Assembly (NCBI GenBank): GCA_964465735.1
Contig: CAYXKT010000010.1
Span: forward strand, 2,925 to 34,924
Direction: 5' to 3'
DNA from: an uncultured bacterium
Lineage (GTDB): Bacteria; Auribacterota; Erginobacteria; Erginobacterales; Erginobacteraceae
Length of the DNA: 32,000 nucleotides
Shown here: positions 24,290 through 32,000 of the stretch, piece after piece
Layout of the letters: the number at the start of each line of letters is the position of its first letter
Position numbering within the stretch: the first letter of the stretch is position 1
The notes under the pieces: model-generated
The model's database searches: none
Told to the model about the DNA's origin: nothing
The model's input: only the letters and a program-made list of their open reading frames with translations
Translations under genes and position numbers: made by a program

Positions 24290-25143
24290 GCCGCCGGGGG
24301 CGAAAGGTCCTGTGGCTTGGGGTCATAATCGGCGGCTCGGTGACTGTTGTCGGTTGGTTTCTTCTCTTTGTCGCCCTGGTTCTGGAGCCGAACTGGGTCA
24401 CCGTGGACCGGGTGGTGATCGAGGACGAGCGGCTCTCCGGCCCCCTGGCCGGGATGAAGATCGTCCAGATCTCCGATCTTCACCTGGAAGGCAGCCTGGG
24501 GTTCCGGGAAAAGGAATTGGTCCGGAAACTCAATCGACTTTCTCCTGATATTATCCTGATCACCGGCGATCTGGTAGAAGCCGCGGCGCCGGAGTTGGTG
24601 GAGCAGCTGGTGAAAGAGTTCCGTCCCCGGATCTGGACTTATGCCATCCTCGGCAACTCCGACCGGATTTATCTCCAGCGGGAGGGACTGGCGCGGCGGT
24701 GGAAGAAGTCCGGTCTTTCTCTGGTCGGGGGCAAATGCCTTCCGATGGCTGGAGAGAGAGCGGAGATATTCTGGCTGGCCGGGATTGATTTTCCCGGCTA
24801 CGAGGTTCCCGGGGTGGAGGCGGAGATTGATCGCATCCTGAGCGAATTTCCCGCCGGCTCTCCCCTGGTCTTTCTCTCTTACGACCCCGATCTGGCCCCG
24901 CTCCTGATCGAGAAAGGCGCCGACCTGGTGCTTTCCGGGGATACTCACGGGGGTTTGATCGGTCTTCCCGGCTGGCCGGCGATCTTTCACCGGTATTTCG
25001 GCCGGTCGAAATATATCCGGGGACTTTATCCGGTAGCTGGTGGGATTCTTTATGTTAACCGGGGGATCGCCCCCAAGGGGCTTCCGGTCCGTTTTCTCTG
25101 TCCGCCGGAGATAACCCTCTTCGAGTTTCGGCCGGTCGGATGA
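24286..25143 (+). CDS. Membrane-anchored metallophosphoesterase (calcineurin-like, YkuE/YaeI type)
   Basis: 285 aa with an N-terminal TM helix. Metallophosphatase motifs occur in order: ISDLHL, ITGDLV, GNSD, GDTHGG. ATGA overlap with the upstream gene. Confidence 0.8.
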   Translation: MSRRGRKVLWLGVIIGGSVTVVGWFLLFVALVLEPNWVTVDRVVIEDERLSGPLAGMKIVQISDLHLEGSLGFREKELVRKLNRLSPDIILITGDLVEAAAPELVEQLVKEFRPRIWTYAILGNSDRIYLQREGLARRWKKSGLSLVGGKCLPMAGERAEIFWLAGIDFPGYEVPGVEAEIDRILSEFPAGSPLVFLSYDPDLAPLLIEKGADLVLSGDTHGGLIGLPGWPAIFHRYFGRSKYIRGLYPVAGGILYVNRGIAPKGLPVRFLCPPEITLFEFRPVG

Positions 25144-25271
25144 GCGGGGCGGCAATCGGAAAGCTTTCCCGGTAATCACGGTCAGGCAGTCCCCAAACTC
25201 GGTCCGTCATTATAGTCTCTGAACGGAAAACCCGAAAACCAGGTCTGATTGCGAGGAGGGACGAGGAATTT

Positions 25272-25356
25272 ATCTGTTTGGTTTGAGATGAGATTGCTTG
25301 GTCACTTCGTTGCTCGCACTGACAAATTCTCCGTGATAACAGGTTTCCGTTCAGAC
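25272..25356 (+). repeat. Conserved intergenic element, family 1, copy B (upstream of the second deacetylase)
   Basis: This is the partner of 4687-4772. Its 3' end (25342-25358) is also an imperfect inverted repeat of 25215-25233. Confidence 0.75.
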
Positions 25357-25427
25357 ACTGTTTAAAGAGGATCGCGATGTGACAATGCCGGTTCCGGATC
25401 CCTTGGGGCGGAATCAAGGATAGAGAT

Positions 25428-26213
25428 ATGGTCAAGGAACCCAGGATTTTAATTCTGATGTACCACAGCGTCTCCGATTCCGGGGAGTACGGAAGACTGC
25501 CTGCGGACTGTCGCCCGCTTGGCTATCGGGTGGGGGTCCGCGATCTCCAAAATCATCTGGAAATTCTTCACCAAGAGGGTTGCTCTACCATCCTTCTTCA
25601 GGATCTGGCCGAGGCCCGGGCAGGGAGGGCTAAACTTCCTCCCCGTCCGGTTATCTTGACTTTTGACGATGGCTACGGGGATAATTTCTCCTCTGCCCTC
25701 CCTCTGCTCCGTTCCGCCGGCTGCCGGGCAGCCTTCTTTCTCAGCGTCTCTTACCTCGGCCGTCCGGGGATGTTGACCTGGGAGGAGGCCTCGCGCCTGG
25801 CCGCCGCCGGGATGGAGATTGGCTCTCACGGAATGAACCACGGACTTCTCTCTGGGAAAAGCCGGGCGGAACTTCGCCGGGAACTGGAAGAGTCCCGCCG
25901 GTGCCTGAAGGAAAGGCTGGGGTTGGCGGCGGAGTATTTCTCTCTCCCCCGGGGTTACCTGCCCCGGGCGCTCCCCCGGCTGGCTCTCCGGGCTGGTTAC
26001 CGCGGCCTCTGTACTTCTCGGCCGGGTTTGAATACACTCCGGACCGATCCCTTCCGGCTTTGCCGTTTCCCGGTCCGGTCCGGGATTTCTCCCGAAGAGT
26101 TTCGGGCGCTCATATCCGGACGGGGCTGGAGGTATTCCCGGATTTATCTGTCCGAGACGGCTCGGGATCTGGCCCGGATCCGTCACTACCGGCCGGGGAG
26201 AGAGGGGCGATGA
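25428..26213 (+). CDS. Polysaccharide deacetylase (CE4 / NodB-homology), second paralog
   Basis: 261 aa with ILMYHSV, LTFDDGYGDNF and IGSHGMNH. The architecture matches the gene at 13330-14160. Confidence 0.8.
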   Translation: MVKEPRILILMYHSVSDSGEYGRLPADCRPLGYRVGVRDLQNHLEILHQEGCSTILLQDLAEARAGRAKLPPRPVILTFDDGYGDNFSSALPLLRSAGCRAAFFLSVSYLGRPGMLTWEEASRLAAAGMEIGSHGMNHGLLSGKSRAELRRELEESRRCLKERLGLAAEYFSLPRGYLPRALPRLALRAGYRGLCTSRPGLNTLRTDPFRLCRFPVRSGISPEEFRALISGRGWRYSRIYLSETARDLARIRHYRPGREGR

Positions 26214-27073
26214 CGACAGCTGCCACGGATTGTGAAGTCCAGGGGGGCGAGAGGAGATCTGTATTCGAACTGGTCTTGATGACGGCCGCGGTCCTCTTTC
26301 TGTTTTTCCCCACCCTGGTCTGGATGAACGCTCGATTTTTCGAGGAGCACTCCTATTACGGACACGGCTGGCTGATCCCGCCGGCGATCGCCTTTCTCAT
26401 CTACCATCGTCGGGAATTCATCCTCTCCGTCCCGTCTCGCCCCAGCAGAGTCGGACTTTTCTGCCTGATTCTTTCTCTGGCTCTGCATCTGGGAGCCCGT
26501 TTATTCGGGGTCAATTTTCTCTCCGCGCTTGCCCTGCCGATGGTGTGTTTCAGTCTGGTCCTGGCCCGGTTCGGACCTGGCCGCAGTCGGTACCTGATCG
26601 GTCCCTTACTTCTAAGCGTGTTGATGATCCCTATTCCGGGGATCTGGATTATCGCTTTGACCTTCCGGTTGAAGATGGTCGCGGTTGATGCCGGGGTCGC
26701 CCTGGGGAGGTTGCTCGGATTGGAGATTGTTCGGGAGGGGATCGAGATCATCCTCCCCACCGCCCCCCCGGGGGAGACTCTGAAGATCGGCGATCCCTGC
26801 AGCGGTCTGCGATCGCTGTTCTCCTTTGGCGCCTTAGGCGGTTTTTTCGCCCTGCTCCTCCCGATTACTGCTCCCCGAAGGGCCATCGTCTTTTTTGCCG
26901 CGGTTCTTTTAGCCCCCTTGAGCAATCTCCTCCGGGTGGTGGCGTTGATCGTTCTGCGACAGACGGCGGGACCGGAAATCCTTGCCGGTCACTGGCATAT
27001 CGCTCTTGGGGTGGGGGTCTTCTTCTTCTGTTTCTTAATCTTTCTCCAGGTGGCGCGATGGCTGCTCCGTTAA
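26210..27073 (+). CDS. Exosortase (EpsH-type transpeptidase)
   Basis: The ATG at 26210 gives an ATGA overlap with the deacetylase; the ORF-track start at 25901 lies inside that gene. The protein is a multi-pass membrane protein. It shows SYYGHGWLIPP near the N-terminus, the catalytic-Cys motif GDPCSGLRSL, and later conserved Arg (NLLRVVALI) and His (GHWHIALG) contexts. Confidence 0.85.
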   Translation: MTTAATDCEVQGGERRSVFELVLMTAAVLFLFFPTLVWMNARFFEEHSYYGHGWLIPPAIAFLIYHRREFILSVPSRPSRVGLFCLILSLALHLGARLFGVNFLSALALPMVCFSLVLARFGPGRSRYLIGPLLLSVLMIPIPGIWIIALTFRLKMVAVDAGVALGRLLGLEIVREGIEIILPTAPPGETLKIGDPCSGLRSLFSFGALGGFFALLLPITAPRRAIVFFAAVLLAPLSNLLRVVALIVLRQTAGPEILAGHWHIALGVGVFFFCFLIFLQVARWLLR

Positions 27074-27705
27074 CCGCTCAGCGGGCCTACTTAAGCGGGC
27101 TTCTGCTTGTCCTGCTGGCCGGGACCCTCGTCTGGCTGATCGATCGGGACCGGGAGGATATCCTCCCCGCCGGAGATCTTGGACGCCTGCCGTTGGAGAT
27201 CGGGGATTGGGTTGGGGAGGATATCCCGGTTGGAGCCCGGGAGCGGGCGATTCTCGGGACCGATAATCTCCTGCTGCGCCTTTATCGGAAGGGAGACTGG
27301 TTCCTTTATCTATATCTTCTCGAGTGTTCCTCCAACCGGGCCAGCTTCCATCCCCCGGAGTACTGCTATGTCGGGGGCCGGACCGAGTTGGTGGAACGAG
27401 GTCGGAAGACTGTGTTCTGGGATGGGGGAGAGATTCCAGCGCATCGGATGGTCTTTCTCGGGCCGCGGGGGAAGAGTCTGGTCTATTACTGGTACACCTA
27501 TGGGGAGCGGGTTCTGGGTGATTATTATCGCCAGCAGTTGCTGATCATAACCAATATCCTGCTCGGCCGGCCGCGGCCGGCACTGCTGGTCCGGGTTTCA
27601 GTTGAGGGGGCTTTTCCGCAGGAGGTCGGGGAGGAGATGATCGCCGATTTTTCCCGTACTGTTCTCCCCGCCATCGAGCGCGATCTGCTGAAGACTGCCC
27701 CCTGA
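27058..27705 (+). CDS. EpsI-family exosortase-associated protein
   Basis: 215 aa with one N-terminal TM helix. EpsI-like patterns are LPLEIGDWVGEDIP, FHPPEYCY and ALLVRVS. It overlaps the exosortase by 16 nt. Confidence 0.7.
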   Translation: MAAPLTAQRAYLSGLLLVLLAGTLVWLIDRDREDILPAGDLGRLPLEIGDWVGEDIPVGARERAILGTDNLLLRLYRKGDWFLYLYLLECSSNRASFHPPEYCYVGGRTELVERGRKTVFWDGGEIPAHRMVFLGPRGKSLVYYWYTYGERVLGDYYRQQLLIITNILLGRPRPALLVRVSVEGAFPQEVGEEMIADFSRTVLPAIERDLLKTAP

Positions 27706-27744
27706 CCCTGATCCTGCCGATCTCCGGTCACCGAATCCCGACTC

Positions 27745-27774
27745 AAAAAATATAGAATCCAGAATTCAGGATTC
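27745..27774 (-). terminator. Weak hairpin plus U-tract downstream of the sugar transferase gene
   Basis: On the minus strand, GAATCC-N8-GGATTC is followed by TATATTTTTTG. It lies in the convergent gap between EpsI and the sugar transferase. The stem is only 6 bp. Confidence 0.35.
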
Positions 27775-27800
27775 AGAATTCACCTTGACTCCCGACTTTC

Positions 27801-29201
27801 TCAGACTGCCCCTTTCCCGCTCAGGATCACCCCCAGGGTCTTGAGCACGATCAGAAGGTCGAGGGCCAGGGACATATTCTCCAGGTAGAAGATGTCATAG
27901 AGAAGCTTCTCCCGATGCTCGATGGTCGAGGAGGAATAACCGTAAGTCACCTGAGCCCAGCCGCTGATCCCCGGCTTGACCTCCAGCCGCTCGGCATAAA
28001 ACGGGATCTTCTCCACCAGTTCGCGGACAAAGCAGGGTCGCTCCGGCCGGGGTCCGATCAGGCTCATCTCGTTGATCAGGACGTTGTAGAGCTGGGGTAA
28101 TTCATCGAGCCGGAATCTCCTTAAGAACCTCCCTGTCCTGGTGCAGCGGGGATCGTGAGGACAGGAGAATTCCGGTCCGTGAGTCTCACTGTCAGCGAAC
28201 ATCGTCCGGAATTTATAGAGGATAAAGGGCTGACCGTGAAGTCCCGCCCGCTCCTGTCGGTAGAGAACCGGGCCGGACGAGGTCAGTTTAATCACCAGGG
28301 CGATCAGGAAGAGGAGGGGGGAGAAGACAATCAGGCCGATCAGAGAGATCGCGGTATCGATCAGTCTCTTCAGGTCCTTGTAGCGGATTACCCGATTGGA
28401 GATCGGGCTGATCATCGGGACCAGTTCGGTCGGGGAACCGGCCATCGATCCGATGGTCGCCTCGTAGAGACTGGGGACGATCCGGAAGACGACATCGGTC
28501 TGGCTGAAGAGGGTGAAGATGGAGAGGATGGTCTCTTTCGGCATCTGGCTGGCGATCACCACCTCGTCAATTGGATAGAATTCAATCAACCGGGGAATAT
28601 CGTCAATCCCCCCCAGGTGGAATGGATTCTCCGGCAAAAGGTCGGTGTCTTCCCTCAAGCTGATGAAGCCGACCAGTCGGCGGGAGATATGGGCCTCCCG
28701 GAGCAGACGGGTGGCAATTCTCTGGGCCCCGTGATCGGTGCCCACAATCAGAGTGTGGGAGACGAAATAGTCTTTCCCCAAAACCAGGTTGATCAGTTTT
28801 CGGGCCAGCAACCGCCAGGTGATGATCAGGATTATGGTGAGCAACCAGGAGAAAAAGATCACTGTCCGGGGATAGGCGAAAGCCCGGAAGAAGAAGGCCG
28901 CCACCATAATGATCAGGGTGCTGGCGGTAGTGGCCTTGATAATGTTGAGGACGGTATCGTAGGTGGTCTTGTACTTTGGCTTGTCGTAGAGGCCGTAAAT
29001 AAAAAAGCTGAGCAGCCTCAAGACAATAATCGGCAGGAGAATCTTTAAGAAATCGGCGAAGTTGGCTCGGGGGAAAGGGCCTTCAGTCCGCCCGAAGCGG
29101 AAAAGGAATCCGGAGATTTCGGCGCCCAGAACCAGCAGAGAGTCAATGGTCAGTGAGGCGAGGATCAGGGTGAGCTTGGAAGTCCGACGCTTCCTATTCA
29201 T
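27801..29201 (-). CDS. Polyprenyl-phosphate glycosyl-1-phosphate transferase (WbaP/EpsB-type initiating sugar transferase)
   Basis: 466 aa with N-terminal TM helices. The C-terminal 'bacterial sugar transferase' domain reads KRLIDTAISLIGLIVFSPLLFLIALVIKLTS.GPVLYRQERAG, YKFRTM, DELPQLYNVL...MSLIGPRPERP and PGISGWAQV. Confidence 0.9.
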   Translation of the reverse strand: MNRKRRTSKLTLILASLTIDSLLVLGAEISGFLFRFGRTEGPFPRANFADFLKILLPIIVLRLLSFFIYGLYDKPKYKTTYDTVLNIIKATTASTLIIMVAAFFFRAFAYPRTVIFFSWLLTIILIITWRLLARKLINLVLGKDYFVSHTLIVGTDHGAQRIATRLLREAHISRRLVGFISLREDTDLLPENPFHLGGIDDIPRLIEFYPIDEVVIASQMPKETILSIFTLFSQTDVVFRIVPSLYEATIGSMAGSPTELVPMISPISNRVIRYKDLKRLIDTAISLIGLIVFSPLLFLIALVIKLTSSGPVLYRQERAGLHGQPFILYKFRTMFADSETHGPEFSCPHDPRCTRTGRFLRRFRLDELPQLYNVLINEMSLIGPRPERPCFVRELVEKIPFYAERLEVKPGISGWAQVTYGYSSSTIEHREKLLYDIFYLENMSLALDLLIVLKTLGVILSGKGAV

Positions 29202-30021
29202 TAATCAGGACGGTGAAGCCGGTCTTCAGTTGGCGGTGGGTCCGAGCCCTATTGATGTCGGCTATCGTCATATCCGGCAGGACCCGGGTCGCTGTGATCT
29301 CTCCGACTTCCCGGTCTCCATCGAGGACTCGAAACCCGACGCCGGGAACAACTCCGTCACCGCCGCCTCGGTTAATGATTACGAAGTCATAGTCAGTATT
29401 GACTTTGAGGATGGTTCCTCGCAGAGCAGGGACCTCGGTTCGCACGTTCCTGACCAGTAGTCCCGGCATCTCGACGGCCGGACTTTCGGCCAGACGATCT
29501 TGAAGTTTATTCTTCTCCTCCAGGAGTCTTTCGATCTGGTCCAGATAGCGTTTTTGCGATTCCCGGCTTTCTTGGAAGTCCTGGCGGAGTTCGGCCAGAG
29601 AACTTTGTTCGGCCCGCAGCCGTTGGTCGAGAATCCGGTTATCACTCTGGAGGGCCTCGACTCGGGATTGGAGCTGGGTCCGTCCGGCCCGCAGTTCGAC
29701 CACTTCTTCCTGGAGCTGGCCCCGGCCGGCTTCGACGATCCGGAGTTGATCAGCGAGATCGTTAAGTTCCCGGAGCCGGTCAGTGAGGTCTCGCCCCAGG
29801 TCGGCGGCCTGTTCTTCGGCGATGGTCAGTCCCCGGGCTGCTTCTTCCAGCCGGGACGATTGAGCGCGCGACCGGGCAAAGAGGGCGATGGTTGCCATTA
29901 GCAGCAGCCCGATGATTACGGGAAAGACAATCCGGGTTAACATCGATCTCCCGGTCCGGGGAGAATTCCCTTTTTCCAGAGTAGATTTTGTCTCTTGATT
30001 TTCTGCGGGAGCCATAGTCAT
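29194..30021 (-). CDS. Hypothetical single-pass membrane coiled-coil protein with C-terminal beta-rich domain
   Basis: 275 aa. It has a TM helix (IVFPVIIGLLLMATIALF), a long coiled coil (res ~55-180) and a C-terminal segment (GTILKVNTDYDFVIINRGGGDGVVPGVGFRVLDGDREVGEITATRV). It overlaps the sugar-transferase start by 8 nt. I cannot confidently assign a family. Confidence 0.55.
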   Translation of the reverse strand: MTMAPAENQETKSTLEKGNSPRTGRSMLTRIVFPVIIGLLLMATIALFARSRAQSSRLEEAARGLTIAEEQAADLGRDLTDRLRELNDLADQLRIVEAGRGQLQEEVVELRAGRTQLQSRVEALQSDNRILDQRLRAEQSSLAELRQDFQESRESQKRYLDQIERLLEEKNKLQDRLAESPAVEMPGLLVRNVRTEVPALRGTILKVNTDYDFVIINRGGGDGVVPGVGFRVLDGDREVGEITATRVLPDMTIADINRARTHRQLKTGFTVLINE

Positions 30022-30175
30022 TTCTCCTGTTAGATTCCTGGTCAGAAAAAAGAATAGCTTGTTTGCCTAACTACAGTAATATACTAAACAGATCCCGTCC
30101 GCTGTCAAGACGTATATGGATTTAATTGATTGCTTTAGGCACCAGTTGTGGTGAGCGTTGAGGGGGATTGTTAAA

Positions 30176-31288
30176 ATGGAAACGCTGTTTATAATTGCTT
30201 TATTGTTTATTCTATACACTTATATCGGGTATCCCCTGGTCCTGCTGGTGGTGACGAGAGGGAAGAAACGCCGACCGGATCTACAGTCTCGACACTTTCC
30301 CCGAATCAGTCTTCTGATCCCGGTTTACAACGAGCAGGAGGTGATCGTGGCCAAACTGAATAATTCTTTGGCCCTGGACTATCCGGAAGGAAAGCTGGAG
30401 ATTGTCGTTGCCTCCGACGGTTCGGACGACCGGACTGTGGAACTGGTTCGGCCCTTGCTTTCGCGGTCAGTCCGGCTAAAAGCTTACTCCGAGCATCGGG
30501 GGAAGATGAGCACCCTCAACCGGGCGATTCCGGAACTTTCCGGGGAGATTATTGTTTTTACCGATGCCAGTGCCTTTTTTCCCCCGGAGACGCTGAAAAT
30601 TCTTCTCCAGGGGTTCGCCAACCCGGAGGTGGGAGCGATCAGTGGGTCCCTGATTTTACAAGAAGAGGTGGCGGGGGGAGGTGAACTGTCGGTGGACTGG
30701 TACTGGCGGATGGAGAAATTCATCCGGGAACGGGAAAGCCTTCTATCTTCAACTGTGGGGGCTACCGGGGCGATCTGGGCGTTACGCCGGGAACTGTTCT
30801 CGCCTCTGCCTGATGACACCATTCTCGACGACTTTCTCCTTCCCCTGGCGCCGGTCCGCCGGGGCTACCGGGTACAGTTTGAGAGCCGGGCCCGGGCTTA
30901 CGAGAGGAGCCGGACCAACCTGCGGGGGGAGTTTCGCCGCAAGGTGAGGACTCTGACCGGCAACTACCAGGCCTTCTTGCGGGCTCAGTGGCTCTTCAGG
31001 TCGAAGCTTGCCTTTCAGCTGATCTCCCACAAGCTCTGCCGGCTTTTTGTCCCCTTCGCCCTGATTGGGCTGCTCATCTCCTCCTGGTTTGGACCCTCGG
31101 CCTTGCGGCCGTTTTTCTATCTCCAGGTGATCTGTTACGCTTTAGCCGCCGCCGGCCTGCTGCTGATCAACCGTGGCCGGAAGCCGAGGAAGTTATTCTC
31201 CGTTCCCCTGACCTTCTGCCTTCTCAATGGGGCCGCCCTGAAAGCGTTTTTTGTCTATTTCCTCGCCCGGCGTCGTCCGGTCTGGTGA
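30176..31288 (+). CDS. Membrane-integrated family 2 glycosyltransferase
   Basis: The ATG at 30176 follows GAGGGGG; the ORF-track TTG at 30158 is less likely. An N-terminal TM helix is followed by a GT-A core (ISLLIPVYNE, VASDGSDDRT, FTDAS). The protein also has an RRKVR segment and C-terminal TM helices. Confidence 0.85.
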   Translation: METLFIIALLFILYTYIGYPLVLLVVTRGKKRRPDLQSRHFPRISLLIPVYNEQEVIVAKLNNSLALDYPEGKLEIVVASDGSDDRTVELVRPLLSRSVRLKAYSEHRGKMSTLNRAIPELSGEIIVFTDASAFFPPETLKILLQGFANPEVGAISGSLILQEEVAGGGELSVDWYWRMEKFIRERESLLSSTVGATGAIWALRRELFSPLPDDTILDDFLLPLAPVRRGYRVQFESRARAYERSRTNLRGEFRRKVRTLTGNYQAFLRAQWLFRSKLAFQLISHKLCRLFVPFALIGLLISSWFGPSALRPFFYLQVICYALAAAGLLLINRGRKPRKLFSVPLTFCLLNGAALKAFFVYFLARRRPVW

Positions 31289-31382
31289 AAACGGCTTTTT
31301 ACTGGACTAATCGAATGAATTGTAATATCAACTTAGCCTTTGGGCAAAATCAGTTGACTCCGGCTCAGGTGGGTCTGGCAGG

Positions 31383-32000
31383 ATGAAAGATTCAGTAAAG
31401 AAAAAAGTATTTTTAGGTATCCGGATCGCGATCAGTCTCGTTTTGATCGGGTATATATTTTATCGGATCTCCGCCGACTGTGAACTTGGAGATCTGGTCA
31501 AGTACTGGACTGATATGAATTACGGGTGGCTGGCCGGGGCCTTCCTGATCCTTCTGGTGGTTCTGGCGCTCGGCTCTTTCCGCTGGGGTCTGCTCCTGGC
31601 CGCCGGCGGGGTTCGGCTGAGTCAGATCAGCGTTTTTATGTATTATCTGATGGGGATGTTCTTTAATAACTTCCTCCCCTCCACGGTGGGGGGAGATGTT
31701 ATCAAGGCTTATTATCTCTCCCGAGCGACCGGGAAGGGCGCGGTGGCTTTTGTCTCCGTGCTCCTCGACCGGCTGATGGGGATGGGTGGCCTCTGTGTGG
31801 TGGCGGTCGTCGCCAGCCTCTTCGGGGGGAGAACTCTCTTGTCCCTTGAGGCTACTCGTCCCTACGCTCTCCCGGTTTTCCTTATCGTGGGTGGGGTGAC
31901 GGTGGCTCTTGGCTTGTTTTTCCTCCTGGTCTTTAATGCGCGGATAATGCATTTCTTCCTTTCCCTCGCCCGTTGGGGAAAGATCGGGGAGAAGATCCGC
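31383..32000 (+). CDS. Flippase-like / LPG-synthase-TM (UPF0104) family membrane protein, 3' end outside the window
   Basis: This gene is missing from the ORF track because it has no stop in the window. My own translation from the ATG at 31383 reads MKDSVKKKVFLGIRIAISLVLIGYIFYRIS...FRWGLLLAAGGVRLS...FFNNFLPSTVGGDVIKAYYL. That is the pattern I associate with the UPF0104 flippase-like family. The frame is open for 206 codons to the edge. Confidence 0.7.
   Translation, partial: MKDSVKKKVFLGIRIAISLVLIGYIFYRISADCELGDLVKYWTDMNYGWLAGAFLILLVVLALGSFRWGLLLAAGGVRLSQISVFMYYLMGMFFNNFLPSTVGGDVIKAYYLSRATGKGAVAFVSVLLDRLMGMGGLCVVAVVASLFGGRTLLSLEATRPYALPVFLIVGGVTVALGLFFLLVFNARIMHFFLSLARWGKIGEKIR

Noticed and set aside
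25901-26209. N-terminal 103-codon extension of the exosortase ORF as given in the ORF track
   Set aside because: The extension lies entirely inside the deacetylase gene in another frame and is Pro/Gly-rich. The ATG at 26210 gives an ATGA stop/start overlap and a normal exosortase N-terminus.
30022-30175. Possible sigma70 promoters in the AT-rich divergent spacer (for example TTGTTT-N15-TATACT)
   Set aside because: The spacing and hexamer matches are poor or ambiguous, so I could not support a specific call.

Overview
This is a GC-rich bacterial chromosomal segment, probably from an uncultivated lineage. It has no rRNA or tRNA genes, no CRISPR array, and no integrase or transposase. All calls were made by eye from the ORF translations and the DNA; nothing was computed or searched.

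Gene layout:
- **1-7587 (+):** a housekeeping block of clpP (5' truncated), clpX, uppS, cdsA, dxr, rseP and ispG.
- **7584-15427 (+):** ispG is translationally coupled (ATGA overlap) to an exopolysaccharide (EPS) locus. It encodes a Wzx-like flippase, three GT4 glycosyltransferases, a WbpB-like dehydrogenase, a WbpD-like acetyltransferase and a CE4 deacetylase.
- **21518-32000:** the EPS theme resumes with two paralogous secreted or membrane proteins with carbohydrate-binding-module-like (CBM-like) domains. These are followed by a metallophosphoesterase, a second deacetylase, exosortase plus EpsI, a polyprenyl-phosphate sugar transferase, a GT2 and a flippase-like membrane protein cut off at the 3' edge.
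- **15639-21246 (-):** a compact six-gene operon sits between the two EPS halves and is the most unusual feature. It encodes a LysM/coiled-coil protein, a 700-aa fusion protein, FlbD, MotA and two tandem MotB paralogs.

The 700-aa fusion joins a truncated FliF-like domain to FliG-like middle and C-terminal domains. The FliF-like part is a periplasmic ring-building domain flanked by two transmembrane (TM) helices. No other flagellar genes (switch, export apparatus, rod, hook or filament) occur in the window. I interpret the operon as a candidate minimal, possibly non-flagellar, stator-rotor module.

Two families of conserved intergenic repeats are also present.
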